DNA of 63,880 bases from a virus (Duplodnaviria > Caudoviricetes), in the IMG/VR virus record IMGVR_UViG_3300044731_001192, positions 1 through 63,880 of that record; one strand, given 5' to 3'. Positions 47,030 through 56,541 of the stretch are shown piece after piece. The notes beneath the pieces were generated by a model. That model had not been told where the DNA came from. It worked only from the letters and a program-made list of their open reading frames with translations, and ran no database searches. Every line of letters begins with the position of its first letter. Position 1 is the stretch's first letter. A program made the translations under genes and the position numbers.

Positions 47030-50000
47030 TTACAGTCTCCGTATGAAAGTTCACTCGTAAGTACGTTAGCTTTTATTACTAACGGGTCTGGGTAGTCTAC
47101 TTGTAACTCCATGTACTTTTTAATCCTTTCTGGGGCAGTAGTATCTTCTTTTTTAAAAATACCAGATAAACTATCATGAGTTTGTAGTAAAACATATATC
47201 TTATCATCACACATTCGTTCGTGCTTAACTAAATTAACTAATGCTTTATTCACTAAACAAGCTGTACTACTTTGCCCAATCCAAGCTACTACTTTATTTT
47301 CCCAAGTAGGTGATATAAAATCAGTAACATCACCTTTGAATCCAAACACATTAGTAACATAACCGTACTTCTTTGCTTCATTAATACGTCTAGTTTGCCA
47401 CACCTCTACTTCAGGGCATTTAGAATCATAAAATTGAAGTACTTTTTTAACTCTAGGTATACTTAATCCAGCTTTAGCAGCTAAAGTAGGTGCTTGTCCT
47501 CTGTAATTCTTACCATGAATAATACTCTTAAATATTTGACGTTCATTATCCTTCTTAGTAATATCTTTTTGGTAGTATTCACTAGCAAGAATACTATAAA
47601 CATCTTTACCGTCACGTATAATATCTTTGAGATATTTACAATCACTATCGTAAGCAACAAAACATAAGTCAACTGCTGAGTAATCAGAGTCAAAGAACAT
47701 GTAACCTACAGGCGGAATGAACATCTTCTTAACATTAGGAAGTTTAAGTATTCCTGAATAAGTATTATTAGCATCAGTTAGGAATTCAAAATCACTAAAT
47801 GTCTCATCAGTTTCTTGTAGTGCAATGTTTAAGTCTATTTTGCCCTTACTAGGCACGTTAGCCATATTTGTATTACCAGTGACATGAATTTCATTGTCAT
47901 AGCGTACTAACCACATAGTAGTAGGTGTTATAGGACAACCTACTACTCCTTTAAAGTATTCTTTATCCCAACGCTTACTCTCTAAACTACTATAATTTTT
48001 GTAAGATATACATAATGTGTATAATGGTTTTGTGCTAGTATTACCATATTCATTACTGTTAGTAAGGTCTATAGTTAAAGAAGCAGATATACCAGATATA
48101 TGGCACATAGTCTGAATTAAATCTACATTTTCGCGAATAGTTGAATAGTAATAGAAGCTTCCAGTATGTACTCCATTTTTATGACAAATATGTCCGTCCC
48201 AATAACTAAGTTCTTTTATAATTAACTGGCGTTGTCTAATAGGTAAGTCTAATAACCAAGTAGGAAATATCTTAGTATACCCTTTATCTGGTACTAAAAA
48301 TGTAGCATAACCTTCTTTATTATTTACACGAGTTCTGCAATCGGGAATAAGTTGTAGTAAGCGTTCTTTTTTACGGTCTTTTTTGAAAGATAATCTCCAG
48401 TTGTTTTTACTAGGTTCTAACCAACCATCTGCTGAACACACTACTAATAACTGTAACCACAAGTCCTCTATAGTATCAGTAACTTTTCCTTCATATTTTC
48501 CACAAATAACTGTATAAGTTGTAGTAAGTCTACTCATGTCTTTAGCTGTACGTATAGTGTTAAAGGTACTTCCTTTAGCTACGTCTCTATGACCTAACTG
48601 TAACATTCTATGTTCTGGTGTGAATAGTCCTTGTACATGTCTTCCATTATACTTCAATAGTTCCCCGTCCCAATCAGTAGTAAACCAGTCTACCTCTGCA
48701 AACTCTAACGTACCTTCTGCTGTGTATTGCATTATTCTACTAGGTTTAGTTGCTATCTTTACCCATCCTTCAGGAGTTAGAGCTTCTGCTTTTTCTATTG
48801 GTAGACAACCCCCACCAAACACATTCTTTCTACTAGAAAAACGATACGAAACAGTACCTGCTATATTATAATCACACCGCATTTTACCATCGTCATCTAA
48901 CTTAGCACTGAGAAAATTAGTAACAAATACCTTAATACTCTTATATTCAAGAAACAGAGTAAGAAGAGTTCTGTATTCTGGGTACGTATCTAAGTACGTC
49001 AACATAGCATCAGCACCGAAACTTTCACTACTACTTTTTCTATTACGCTTAGGAACTATACCTAACATGTCTTTAAATAGTCGTTTAACTTGCGGAGTAC
49101 TATTAAGATTGACTTCTTCACCACAGATGTAATTAATCTTAGTAATACATTCAGCCATTAAGTCTTTGAATATATTAAGATTCTTTTCTTTCTCATTAGT
49201 ATCTACTAAGATACCTCTGTTCATCATATCGACAACACAAGGGTTAAGTTCGTGTTGTTGAAACTCATAATTACGAAGTAGCGTCTCAGATTGTTGCAAT
49301 ACTTTATCTAAAAACTCAGTAATAGCTAATGTATATATAACGTCTTTACCGTTATATTTCCATCTAGTAAGATTATCTTTAACATCTATTTCATCTTTCC
49401 AGTAAGAATAATTATCACAATACATACTAGCAAGACTAGCTAAGTCTTTTTGCAAAGCATTATGCAGTACATGGTGCTGAATCATCGTATCGTAAGAAGC
49501 GTATACTCTAATCCACCAAGTTTTATAGTAGTATTGTGAATCGTAATTATAGTTTTGCCCAACATGTAAGCAATTATTATGCAACAGTACCTTATTAAGT
49601 AGGAATTGTATTTCACATTCCTCTTCTATAGTCCAGTAATGTCTAAACTTAGTGACAGTAGTACCAGCCAAAGCAGTAGCTCTCTGTTCAACACCGTACT
49701 TATTAATAAATGCAGGAGTATCCTCAGTAACTACAACAGAATACATCTCAATAAAAGGTATAGTGAAACTCTCATTACTTTTCCAACATAAACCAATACA
49801 ATCAATTGCTTGAAACTTTGTCTCAACATCTATTGATACTTTAGTTGGTTTTTTATCTAATTGTTCAAGTAACTCATTCAAGTAAGTTACTGCTTCAGGC
49901 AAAAGTAAAGCCACGTTAGTTATTTTATTGTCTGTTAGTATTTCATCAACAGACTTATTCTTTGCTTGCACTGCAAAACTAGCAACTTTAAGGTAGTCAC

Positions 50001-50718
50001 GTTGTATTATGTAGAACTTTTCTTGAATTTGGTAGTAAAATGCTGGCGACAACATCACTATTACGGCTACTTTGTTGTCTAACGGTACTTCTGAGTTAAA
50101 AGTAAGCAAACTACCTCTAAATTTATTCAAAGCACCGAATGGTTTAGGACTTTTTACAGTACTTCTAGTAGTTCCTATCGTTGCAATAGGTTTAGTACTA
50201 TCTTCTACATAAGTACCAAAAAGCATTAATGCCCATTTACCAGCAAGTACAACAATCTTTGGTTTTACTTTATTTATTTGTTCGATGAAAGCTTGTATTT
50301 GCCCATATAAATGCTGACTTACCCATACATCTTTAAGCCAAGTAATTTGTGTGTAAGTTTCGCCCTCTGGAATACCTCTTTTATTTACAAGACTATGTGC
50401 AAAGTCAAAATCACCTTTAGCATACCTTTCAGTGAATAGGTATGTGTAACAAACATTAGAATCATTTAGAAAATAACCATTAGAAGTAACAGCAGTTACT
50501 TTATTATCAGCTACTACTTTTTTCTTTGCTTCGTCTTCAGATAAGTATTTTGCCTCTGGAATAATGTTATGTATATTAGCTAACATACTAAAGCGTACTA
50601 AATTATTCTTAATTTCACCTGAAGAGTACTCAGAATACGGTTTACCACTACTTTCTTCTTTAACGAGTGGCATATCAGTGACAAACATTACATCTTTCTC
50701 ACTATATTCACGAATCAT
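47026..50718 (-). CDS. polA: family A DNA polymerase with N-terminal UDG-like domain, 3'-5' exonuclease and an intein
   Basis: Exo DVET / QNYNYD / YNGKD; motif A DYSAVD; motif B RQIFKSIIHGKNY; motif C THDS. Confidence 0.93.
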   Translation of the reverse strand: MIREYSEKDVMFVTDMPLVKEESSGKPYSEYSSGEIKNNLVRFSMLANIHNIIPEAKYLSEDEAKKKVVADNKVTAVTSNGYFLNDSNVCYTYLFTERYAKGDFDFAHSLVNKRGIPEGETYTQITWLKDVWVSQHLYGQIQAFIEQINKVKPKIVVLAGKWALMLFGTYVEDSTKPIATIGTTRSTVKSPKPFGALNKFRGSLLTFNSEVPLDNKVAVIVMLSPAFYYQIQEKFYIIQRDYLKVASFAVQAKNKSVDEILTDNKITNVALLLPEAVTYLNELLEQLDKKPTKVSIDVETKFQAIDCIGLCWKSNESFTIPFIEMYSVVVTEDTPAFINKYGVEQRATALAGTTVTKFRHYWTIEEECEIQFLLNKVLLHNNCLHVGQNYNYDSQYYYKTWWIRVYASYDTMIQHHVLHNALQKDLASLASMYCDNYSYWKDEIDVKDNLTRWKYNGKDVIYTLAITEFLDKVLQQSETLLRNYEFQQHELNPCVVDMMNRGILVDTNEKEKNLNIFKDLMAECITKINYICGEEVNLNSTPQVKRLFKDMLGIVPKRNRKSSSESFGADAMLTYLDTYPEYRTLLTLFLEYKSIKVFVTNFLSAKLDDDGKMRCDYNIAGTVSYRFSSRKNVFGGGCLPIEKAEALTPEGWVKIATKPSRIMQYTAEGTLEFAEVDWFTTDWDGELLKYNGRHVQGLFTPEHRMLQLGHRDVAKGSTFNTIRTAKDMSRLTTTYTVICGKYEGKVTDTIEDLWLQLLVVCSADGWLEPSKNNWRLSFKKDRKKERLLQLIPDCRTRVNNKEGYATFLVPDKGYTKIFPTWLLDLPIRQRQLIIKELSYWDGHICHKNGVHTGSFYYYSTIRENVDLIQTMCHISGISASLTIDLTNSNEYGNTSTKPLYTLCISYKNYSSLESKRWDKEYFKGVVGCPITPTTMWLVRYDNEIHVTGNTNMANVPSKGKIDLNIALQETDETFSDFEFLTDANNTYSGILKLPNVKKMFIPPVGYMFFDSDYSAVDLCFVAYDSDCKYLKDIIRDGKDVYSILASEYYQKDITKKDNERQIFKSIIHGKNYRGQAPTLAAKAGLSIPRVKKVLQFYDSKCPEVEVWQTRRINEAKKYGYVTNVFGFKGDVTDFISPTWENKVVAWIGQSSTACLVNKALVNLVKHERMCDDKIYVLLQTHDSLSGIFKKEDTTAPERIKKYMELQVDYPDPLVIKANVLTSELSYGDCK
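47872..48807 (-). mobile_element. intein (312 aa) with LAGLIDADG endonuclease in polA
   Basis: Starts CLP, block B FTPEHRM, ADGW and YWDG motifs, ends VTGN followed by T. Confidence 0.9.
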
Positions 50719-50791
50719 TTCTTATACCTTTACATGTTATTAAATTACACTACCATGTTGTTAAAACGCACGTCCTTGTGCTAGTTACTAC

Positions 50792-51502
50792 TTATTCAAA
50801 TACTACAACGCCTTCAGGTAAATTACTAATTGCACCAAAACTCTTAACATAATGTCCAATATTACCAGTATAGTTATTTGTTTTTCTACCGATGTCAATA
50901 TACACTCTAGTAGCCTCTTCTTGTCCAGCAATAAGTTCATTAATGTTTTTAAGTTGTAGTTCAGCTAGTTTAGCTGGGTAAAGTACAGGGTCAATATCAC
51001 TATCAGCGGTAATTTCACTATAAAGTTCATTCATACCAGTGAAAATAGCTTCATTGATATTACTGTCACGTACATATTTTTTGATACCTGCTTCATCTGC
51101 TTCTATGTGAGCTACACCTAGTTCGTTAAAAAAACTATTAACTAAGTTCCAGAAATTTACATTAAGAATATCAATACCAAAATCACTAAGTCTGAAATAA
51201 CTAAGCTGTTTACTATCATTATCAGCAGTAATAATAACATTATCACTACCCATAGTAGTTTTAGCGTATGCACTATCAATAGATAACCTGCCACTAAGCA
51301 TACACCAAGCATTACCTACACCTTTTTTAGTTTTACCTTCTTCAGCTTTGATAATACCGTACTGTAAGGTGTTGATGACATTATCTTTCTTTCTACCGAA
51401 TCCAATAAAGTTACCAACATACGTACCTTCTGCTAGTACAGGTAGTTCAGTTACTTGACCTTTGTTCATTTCATTTAAGTAGCTTGCAAAATCTAAGTTC
51501 AT
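50792..51502 (-). CDS. putative ssDNA-binding protein
   Basis: LAEGTY motif; follows the AAA ATPase. Confidence 0.5.
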   Translation of the reverse strand: MNLDFASYLNEMNKGQVTELPVLAEGTYVGNFIGFGRKKDNVINTLQYGIIKAEEGKTKKGVGNAWCMLSGRLSIDSAYAKTTMGSDNVIITADNDSKQLSYFRLSDFGIDILNVNFWNLVNSFFNELGVAHIEADEAGIKKYVRDSNINEAIFTGMNELYSEITADSDIDPVLYPAKLAELQLKNINELIAGQEEATRVYIDIGRKTNNYTGNIGHYVKSFGAISNLPEGVVVFE

Positions 51503-51618
51503 TTGTTTTTTCCAATTGTAAGTTTAATTTAAAAGTTATACTGGTTACGACAATCCAGTGCGATTATAACTACTAGCAGTTATCGCCGAATACTTATAGC
51601 ATAGACTAAGGTGCTTAA

Positions 51619-52449
51619 TTATTCAAACAAGTACACGGGATTTGTAAAATCTGGTACAAGTTCATTGAATTTCAATTGTTTATCTCTAGGTATACCTCTG
51701 GGTACAGTAGCAATAGCATCTTTCAAATCACTGCCTACCCATACAAACTTACCACTTAGAGGTAAATATTTACAGTACAGAACTACTGAGAACTTACCTA
51801 AGAACTGAGACGTGTTTCTAATCCCAGGAAAACTAGGAGTAATATTCTTTAATGTACCTTTACTACCTTCTACAGCATCCTCACTATTCACAGACTCGTG
51901 AGCAAGTAGTATAAACTTGCACTTAATGTTCTTTTGTATCATTTCACTAAGCGATAGTATTATGTTTTGCATCTCACCTATTAGTGACATACCATTAACA
52001 CCATTCTCAGGGTTCTTTTGTTGACTTAACAATGCTTTAGTCGCATGACTTCTAATATTATCTTGCCATGTAGATAAACTATCTACAATAAAGACTGTAT
52101 TTTCATCAAAGTCACATATACTACCACAACTAACAGTCTCATTAGTAAAGTAATCGATACCAGTAAAATTATTTAACTGGTTATTAATAGCAATGAATTC
52201 GCTACTATCACCTTTAGTAAGTGTACTATCACCAAACACTGCTTTCTTTGTACTATTAGTAGTAGCTACGATTAACTGGTCTTTTTGTAAAGTAACTTTA
52301 TGTAGTCTAATTGCATCACTAATACCTAGCAAACAATTAACATCTAAAGCAAGCACTCTGATTTTGTACTTAGGGTTTTTTAAGTAAGATAAAGCACTTA
52401 CTGTTTTGCCGCTACCAGCAGCACCATATAATAATACACTCATTTTCAT
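51619..52449 (-). CDS. AAA_24/Sak4-like ATPase
   Basis: YGAAGSGKT, FIVDSLS, ILLAHE. Confidence 0.8.
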   Translation of the reverse strand: MKMSVLLYGAAGSGKTVSALSYLKNPKYKIRVLALDVNCLLGISDAIRLHKVTLQKDQLIVATTNSTKKAVFGDSTLTKGDSSEFIAINNQLNNFTGIDYFTNETVSCGSICDFDENTVFIVDSLSTWQDNIRSHATKALLSQQKNPENGVNGMSLIGEMQNIILSLSEMIQKNIKCKFILLAHESVNSEDAVEGSKGTLKNITPSFPGIRNTSQFLGKFSVVLYCKYLPLSGKFVWVGSDLKDAIATVPRGIPRDKQLKFNELVPDFTNPVYLFE

Positions 52450-53465
52450 AAAATAGCCTCATTTGTTTTAAGTTTAATGAATTCTTTAAGAGAAAGTGGT
52501 TCTTTCATTGTACTTGTATGAACTTGTTGAACAAAACCATCTTCTGTAAGGTCTTGATAGAAAGCACTTGTACAATGTTTTGTCAATAAACATGGTCTAA
52601 AGAACAAAGTACATCCATGTGAATAATTCCGTAAAAACTTATTATTACCTGTACTTTTTAACGTGTTGTATGTATTTAACATATTTTCAACAATGTTCAG
52701 TAAATTATTGTACCAAGTTCGTTGAAACCAAGCATCTACTTGAAATTCATAGCTTACTACCACATCTTCATTTCTTGCATAACTATTTTTAACTTTGCAT
52801 TTTCTGATACAAACATGGGTAATTTGTAAATCACCCAGTATATCTTTACGTTTATTACCAATAGTAACGTATTGTACGAACTGATTTTGTGTTCTTAACA
52901 TGTCTAATTGTACTTCATGACTTGATAAGACACTTTTACATGTCTTCTCGTCAACTACATATACTACATTGTCTCTTTGCCCTAACATGTCTAACTTACA
53001 TTTAAGAATAATAGGCTTGCCTGTATCTGGATGAGTAAAAGGTAGTTCAATACTAAAGTCTTGTTCTACTGCTATGCTACCATCTTTAAGTTCAAGTGGA
53101 GTAATACTTCTACTCTCAAGCGGGTATTCATTAAAGTAAGCCTTAAATACCTCTACCATTTTAGCAGGGGTTTTTACTGTATCTTCGCAATTAGCAAAGT
53201 AGTAATTAGTAGCTAAGTCATTCTCTAAGTTAGTTACTCCTACTTGTATGCTTTCTTCGCTGCATAACCCTTCTTTGTAGTAAGCATTACGTGTTAGTTC
53301 CATACTCTTAGCGAATTCACCACCAGCAGCGAGGTCGTTGTTATACGTACTTCTACTCCATGCCTCACACCTTAACTTGTACCATTTGTATTGACAATTA
53401 TTGTACACTTCAAAATCCCTAGAAGTACTTAACGTCTCAGGGAAAAAACTAAGTGGTAGTTCCAT
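52446..53465 (-). CDS. PD-(D/E)XK (Cas4/AddB-like) exonuclease
   Basis: C..KW, AVE, KLD..VVDEKT, Q..QY, C-terminal Cys cluster. Confidence 0.8.
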   Translation of the reverse strand: MELPLSFFPETLSTSRDFEVYNNCQYKWYKLRCEAWSRSTYNNDLAAGGEFAKSMELTRNAYYKEGLCSEESIQVGVTNLENDLATNYYFANCEDTVKTPAKMVEVFKAYFNEYPLESRSITPLELKDGSIAVEQDFSIELPFTHPDTGKPIILKCKLDMLGQRDNVVYVVDEKTCKSVLSSHEVQLDMLRTQNQFVQYVTIGNKRKDILGDLQITHVCIRKCKVKNSYARNEDVVVSYEFQVDAWFQRTWYNNLLNIVENMLNTYNTLKSTGNNKFLRNYSHGCTLFFRPCLLTKHCTSAFYQDLTEDGFVQQVHTSTMKEPLSLKEFIKLKTNEAIL

Positions 53466-53862
53466 TTTTAATCCTCTTTTGTAGTTCGAAGAATTGTTGT
53501 TCTTCAGTAGTTAAAATAATACCTTTATGTATTTTAAATACAATATCGGCAAGTTTTTGCACATTGTCTTCAATAACTTCTTCAATTACTGCTTTCTTTC
53601 TACTTGCTCGTACTTTCGGTATCTTAACTTTAGGTTCTTTAGGTATTTTAACTTTAGGTTCTTTTTTAACCTTAGTAACTACTATTTTAAACCCATCTTC
53701 TTGCAATACACGCCTACTTGCTACAACTATTCTAGTTTCAGCTATACTTAACATCTGCCCAACAGACTTAATTTTAAGTTTCTCAGCTTCATTATGCAGT
53801 TCTAGCAATTCTTGTGGCGAATACTCACCTTTAGTATTGTAAATATTCATAACATTAGCCAT
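53449..53862 (-). CDS. Lys-rich hypothetical protein
   Basis: KEPKVKIP repeated twice. Confidence 0.7.
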   Translation of the reverse strand: MANVMNIYNTKGEYSPQELLELHNEAEKLKIKSVGQMLSIAETRIVVASRRVLQEDGFKIVVTKVKKEPKVKIPKEPKVKIPKVRASRKKAVIEEVIEDNVQKLADIVFKIHKGIILTTEEQQFFELQKRIKNGTTT

Positions 53863-54502
53863 TTATCGGTACATTTTCATCAGTTTGATAATAATAAGTT
53901 GGACTACCTAGTAGTGGATTGTATGATTGTTCACTATAAGTAACATTGTAAGTACCGTATTCTAAATCTACTTTAAAAGTAGCATCAGCAATGCAACTAT
54001 TTTTAAGTATTTTTAATGCTTTTTGCACATCATCGTACTTGTTTTGGTAGCTGCATATAATCATGTTACAAAGTATTGGGTAATGAGTAGTTTTAACTAA
54101 AGGCACATGTTCTAATAAAGACGAAACAATTGATGTTCTAATAGCTTCATTAGCATAGGCATTGCCTCGCATCACTTCTTGATAGTGTTTTGTAAGCTCT
54201 AGTACATCAAGTTTGGTAGTCAACATACAAGTGACACCAATTTCTTCAATCTCTTCTAATGTATACTCTCTGCCATAAACTAATCTTTTGTTAGGTTTAA
54301 GTACAAGTGACTGGTAATAGTCATGACACTCTGCTCTATCAATAGTAGTTGGGTCTATGCCAAGCAAACGTACAGTTTCATGTGAAGTGTAACATGTTGG
54401 GTTGTACATTTTAGTCCATATAATCGCTTCAGTTAGTGAGATTATCTCAGATTTAAAAGTACCAGATGTCAATAACATGGGTGTGCTAAGTATTGCTCTC
54501 AT
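53855..54502 (-). CDS. DUF1874/AcrIII-1 (YddF/STIV B116-like) domain fused to an unknown domain
   Basis: First ~100 aa follow the family pattern: TSG.FK.E.ISL.EA..W, SHET..LLG, DR, RL..G...TLEEI, LT.LD. Confidence 0.7.
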   Translation of the reverse strand: MRAILSTPMLLTSGTFKSEIISLTEAIIWTKMYNPTCYTSHETVRLLGIDPTTIDRAECHDYYQSLVLKPNKRLVYGREYTLEEIEEIGVTCMLTTKLDVLELTKHYQEVMRGNAYANEAIRTSIVSSLLEHVPLVKTTHYPILCNMIICSYQNKYDDVQKALKILKNSCIADATFKVDLEYGTYNVTYSEQSYNPLLGSPTYYYQTDENVPING

Positions 54503-54873
54503 TCGTATGCTCCATTTGTTAAATTATTAATATGTGTTGTCTCGTCTGTAAGCTCTTCTTCAAGTTCACTTATTGTTTCATTCAAACCTTCCAACTCAAG
54601 TAAAAGTTCTCGGTATGAAGGTATGTCTTCTTTATCTATGTTGTTTACGTACTCTTGTAAAGCTAGTCTGTAGTCAGTAGGGCAAACATTTTTAAAAGCA
54701 TGACTACTTGTATAGTAGTTGCCTACTATAGTAACGTCTTCATAAGTATCATCAATCATTTCATCGAATTCGTCAGTGAAATCAGTAGCAGTAAGTTCGA
54801 ATGTGTCGATACGGTCTTGTACTGCATCTCTAACTGCTATAACATCAGCTAATTTTTCAAATATTTCGTCCAT
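54499..54873 (-). CDS. very acidic hypothetical protein
   Basis: D/E-rich; FDEMIDD.Y..V...Y..S...K...P.DYR. Confidence 0.75.
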   Translation of the reverse strand: MDEIFEKLADVIAVRDAVQDRIDTFELTATDFTDEFDEMIDDTYEDVTIVGNYYTSSHAFKNVCPTDYRLALQEYVNNIDKEDIPSYRELLLELEGLNETISELEEELTDETTHINNLTNGAYE

Positions 54874-54906
54874 ATTTTTACCTTTATTTTGTATTAGTTT
54901 AATTGT

Positions 54907-56208
54907 TTAACTCAGTCTATATAAATTTTCTTGTGTTCTACTATATGCTACATATCGTAACCTCTTTTTTAAGTTATTGTTATGACATAAATCTATGTCG
55001 TTATCACATACTATTACATTTTTTATGCTACTTCCTTGACTTTTGTGTACAGTCATTGCGTATGAATGTTTAATATTTGCAAATAGCATGTTAAGTCTAC
55101 TGTAATTCATCCATTTAATACTACGTTTACTTGTATCACGCTCATAAGTAGCGTCTCTGTGATACTTATATTTAAGTTTAGTAAAATCATTAAACAATAT
55201 TGGTGTGTAAAATGTAGCGACCGAATTACTACTGTAATGATTAGTTTTTATAGTTAATTCATAACAATCAACGCCAAGTATTGTTTTAGTGCTTACAGAA
55301 TTGACTACACCTTTAGTATTAGTAGTAAAAAGTGTATTCTCATTCTTCTTCTTATTGAGAATGTAGTCTATTGTACGGTCTTTACCACTAAGCTTATTTA
55401 CGAAACCGAAAGTAGGTTCAAATAGTATTACTTGGTCGTTCACTAAGAAGGCACTATCCGCAGCATGTGTACCAAAGATTGCATTTCTACTAAGTTCATT
55501 GTAGTAGTTAACCTTCTTATTAGTATAAGCTAGAAATTTACTACTGCCATTGAATATAGTTTCTATACCTTCTTGACTTGCTAAGAATTGATTAACAAAG
55601 TTAGTATTAACCTTGAATTTACTAGGCAGTATACCTACTGAATATATCAACTCCTCAGCTATAGTACAAAACTCATGTATCTCACCAGTACTTCTAACAT
55701 TCTCTACTAAGTCTATTGTTAAGTAATCTTTAGTGAAGACTGGTGGGATACACTTATCGTAAGTACCGACTTCTAGTATCGGTGGTAATTGACTTTTATG
55801 TCCAATAAAAAGTACATAAATGTTAAGTTGTTCTATTATTGACAACAACTCAGCACTGAGTGTACTACATTCATCAACAATAAGTAGATTGAAACTACTT
55901 AGGTCGGGTTCTTTTACTTGTTCTAGTACAAGTTTGTCTTCTCTAGCAGTCATGCAAAAGTTTAAAGCACTACATACTGTTTTTAATGTATACGCTTGTC
56001 CTAAGTTTATTTCAAGCTGCTTTACTGCCTCGTTGTAGGGGGCAAGTACAAGTGGTTTAATATTCGGTAGACTCTCTAAGAAATATTTTACTATGTACGT
56101 TTTACCTGTACCAGCCCCACCTTGTAGTAATGCTATTTTATTACTACCGTGATACCAGCGAGGTAATATTTGTAGTGCTTTTGTTTGACTATTTGTTAGT
56201 GTTGTCAT
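54907..56208 (-). CDS. Dda/RecD-like SF1B helicase
   Basis: GGAGTGKT, DECS, GHKSQLPP, YAMTVHKSQGSS, YVAYSR. Confidence 0.9.
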   Translation of the reverse strand: MTTLTNSQTKALQILPRWYHGSNKIALLQGGAGTGKTYIVKYFLESLPNIKPLVLAPYNEAVKQLEINLGQAYTLKTVCSALNFCMTAREDKLVLEQVKEPDLSSFNLLIVDECSTLSAELLSIIEQLNIYVLFIGHKSQLPPILEVGTYDKCIPPVFTKDYLTIDLVENVRSTGEIHEFCTIAEELIYSVGILPSKFKVNTNFVNQFLASQEGIETIFNGSSKFLAYTNKKVNYYNELSRNAIFGTHAADSAFLVNDQVILFEPTFGFVNKLSGKDRTIDYILNKKKNENTLFTTNTKGVVNSVSTKTILGVDCYELTIKTNHYSSNSVATFYTPILFNDFTKLKYKYHRDATYERDTSKRSIKWMNYSRLNMLFANIKHSYAMTVHKSQGSSIKNVIVCDNDIDLCHNNNLKKRLRYVAYSRTQENLYRLS

Positions 56209-56247
56209 AAGTAGTAGTGATTAGTAATTAGATTGTTTTTTTTTTTA

Positions 56248-56315
56248 TGTTACCAGCTTGCCTTGCCTTGCCTTGCCTTGCCTGTTACCAGCTTGCCTTG
56301 CCTTGCCTGTTATCC
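56248..56315. repeat. TGTTACCAG(CTTGC)5 CTGTTACCAG(CTTGC)3 tandem repeat
   Basis: Direct reading. Confidence 0.92.
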
Positions 56316-56343
56316 ATTATCTATACAGGATTAAACCTTACAA
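56316..56343 (-). promoter_or_regulatory. leftward sigma70-like promoter
   Basis: TTGTAA-N16-GATAAT. Confidence 0.45.
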
Positions 56344-56426
56344 GGGCTAAAAATAATAAAAATAGCGCATATATAAAGAGTAAAAATTTATTGTTTTAAT
56401 GGCATTTAACGCAATTAATTATCCTA

Positions 56427-56455
56427 TTGTTTGCAATCGCTAAAATTGATATAAT
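56427..56455 (+). promoter_or_regulatory. rightward sigma70 promoter
   Basis: TTGTTT-N17-TATAAT with TG extension. Confidence 0.6.
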
Positions 56456-56541
56456 CAAGATAAGCGTTAAACCGTTTTACGCACCACTACTACTTACTAC
56501 TAAGTAGTTAACTACTTTAAACACCTACTGAGGAATTAAAA

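Noticed and set aside
52446-53465. CRISPR Cas4
   Set aside because: Context (AAA ATPase, SSB, PolA) indicates a routine phage recombination exonuclease.
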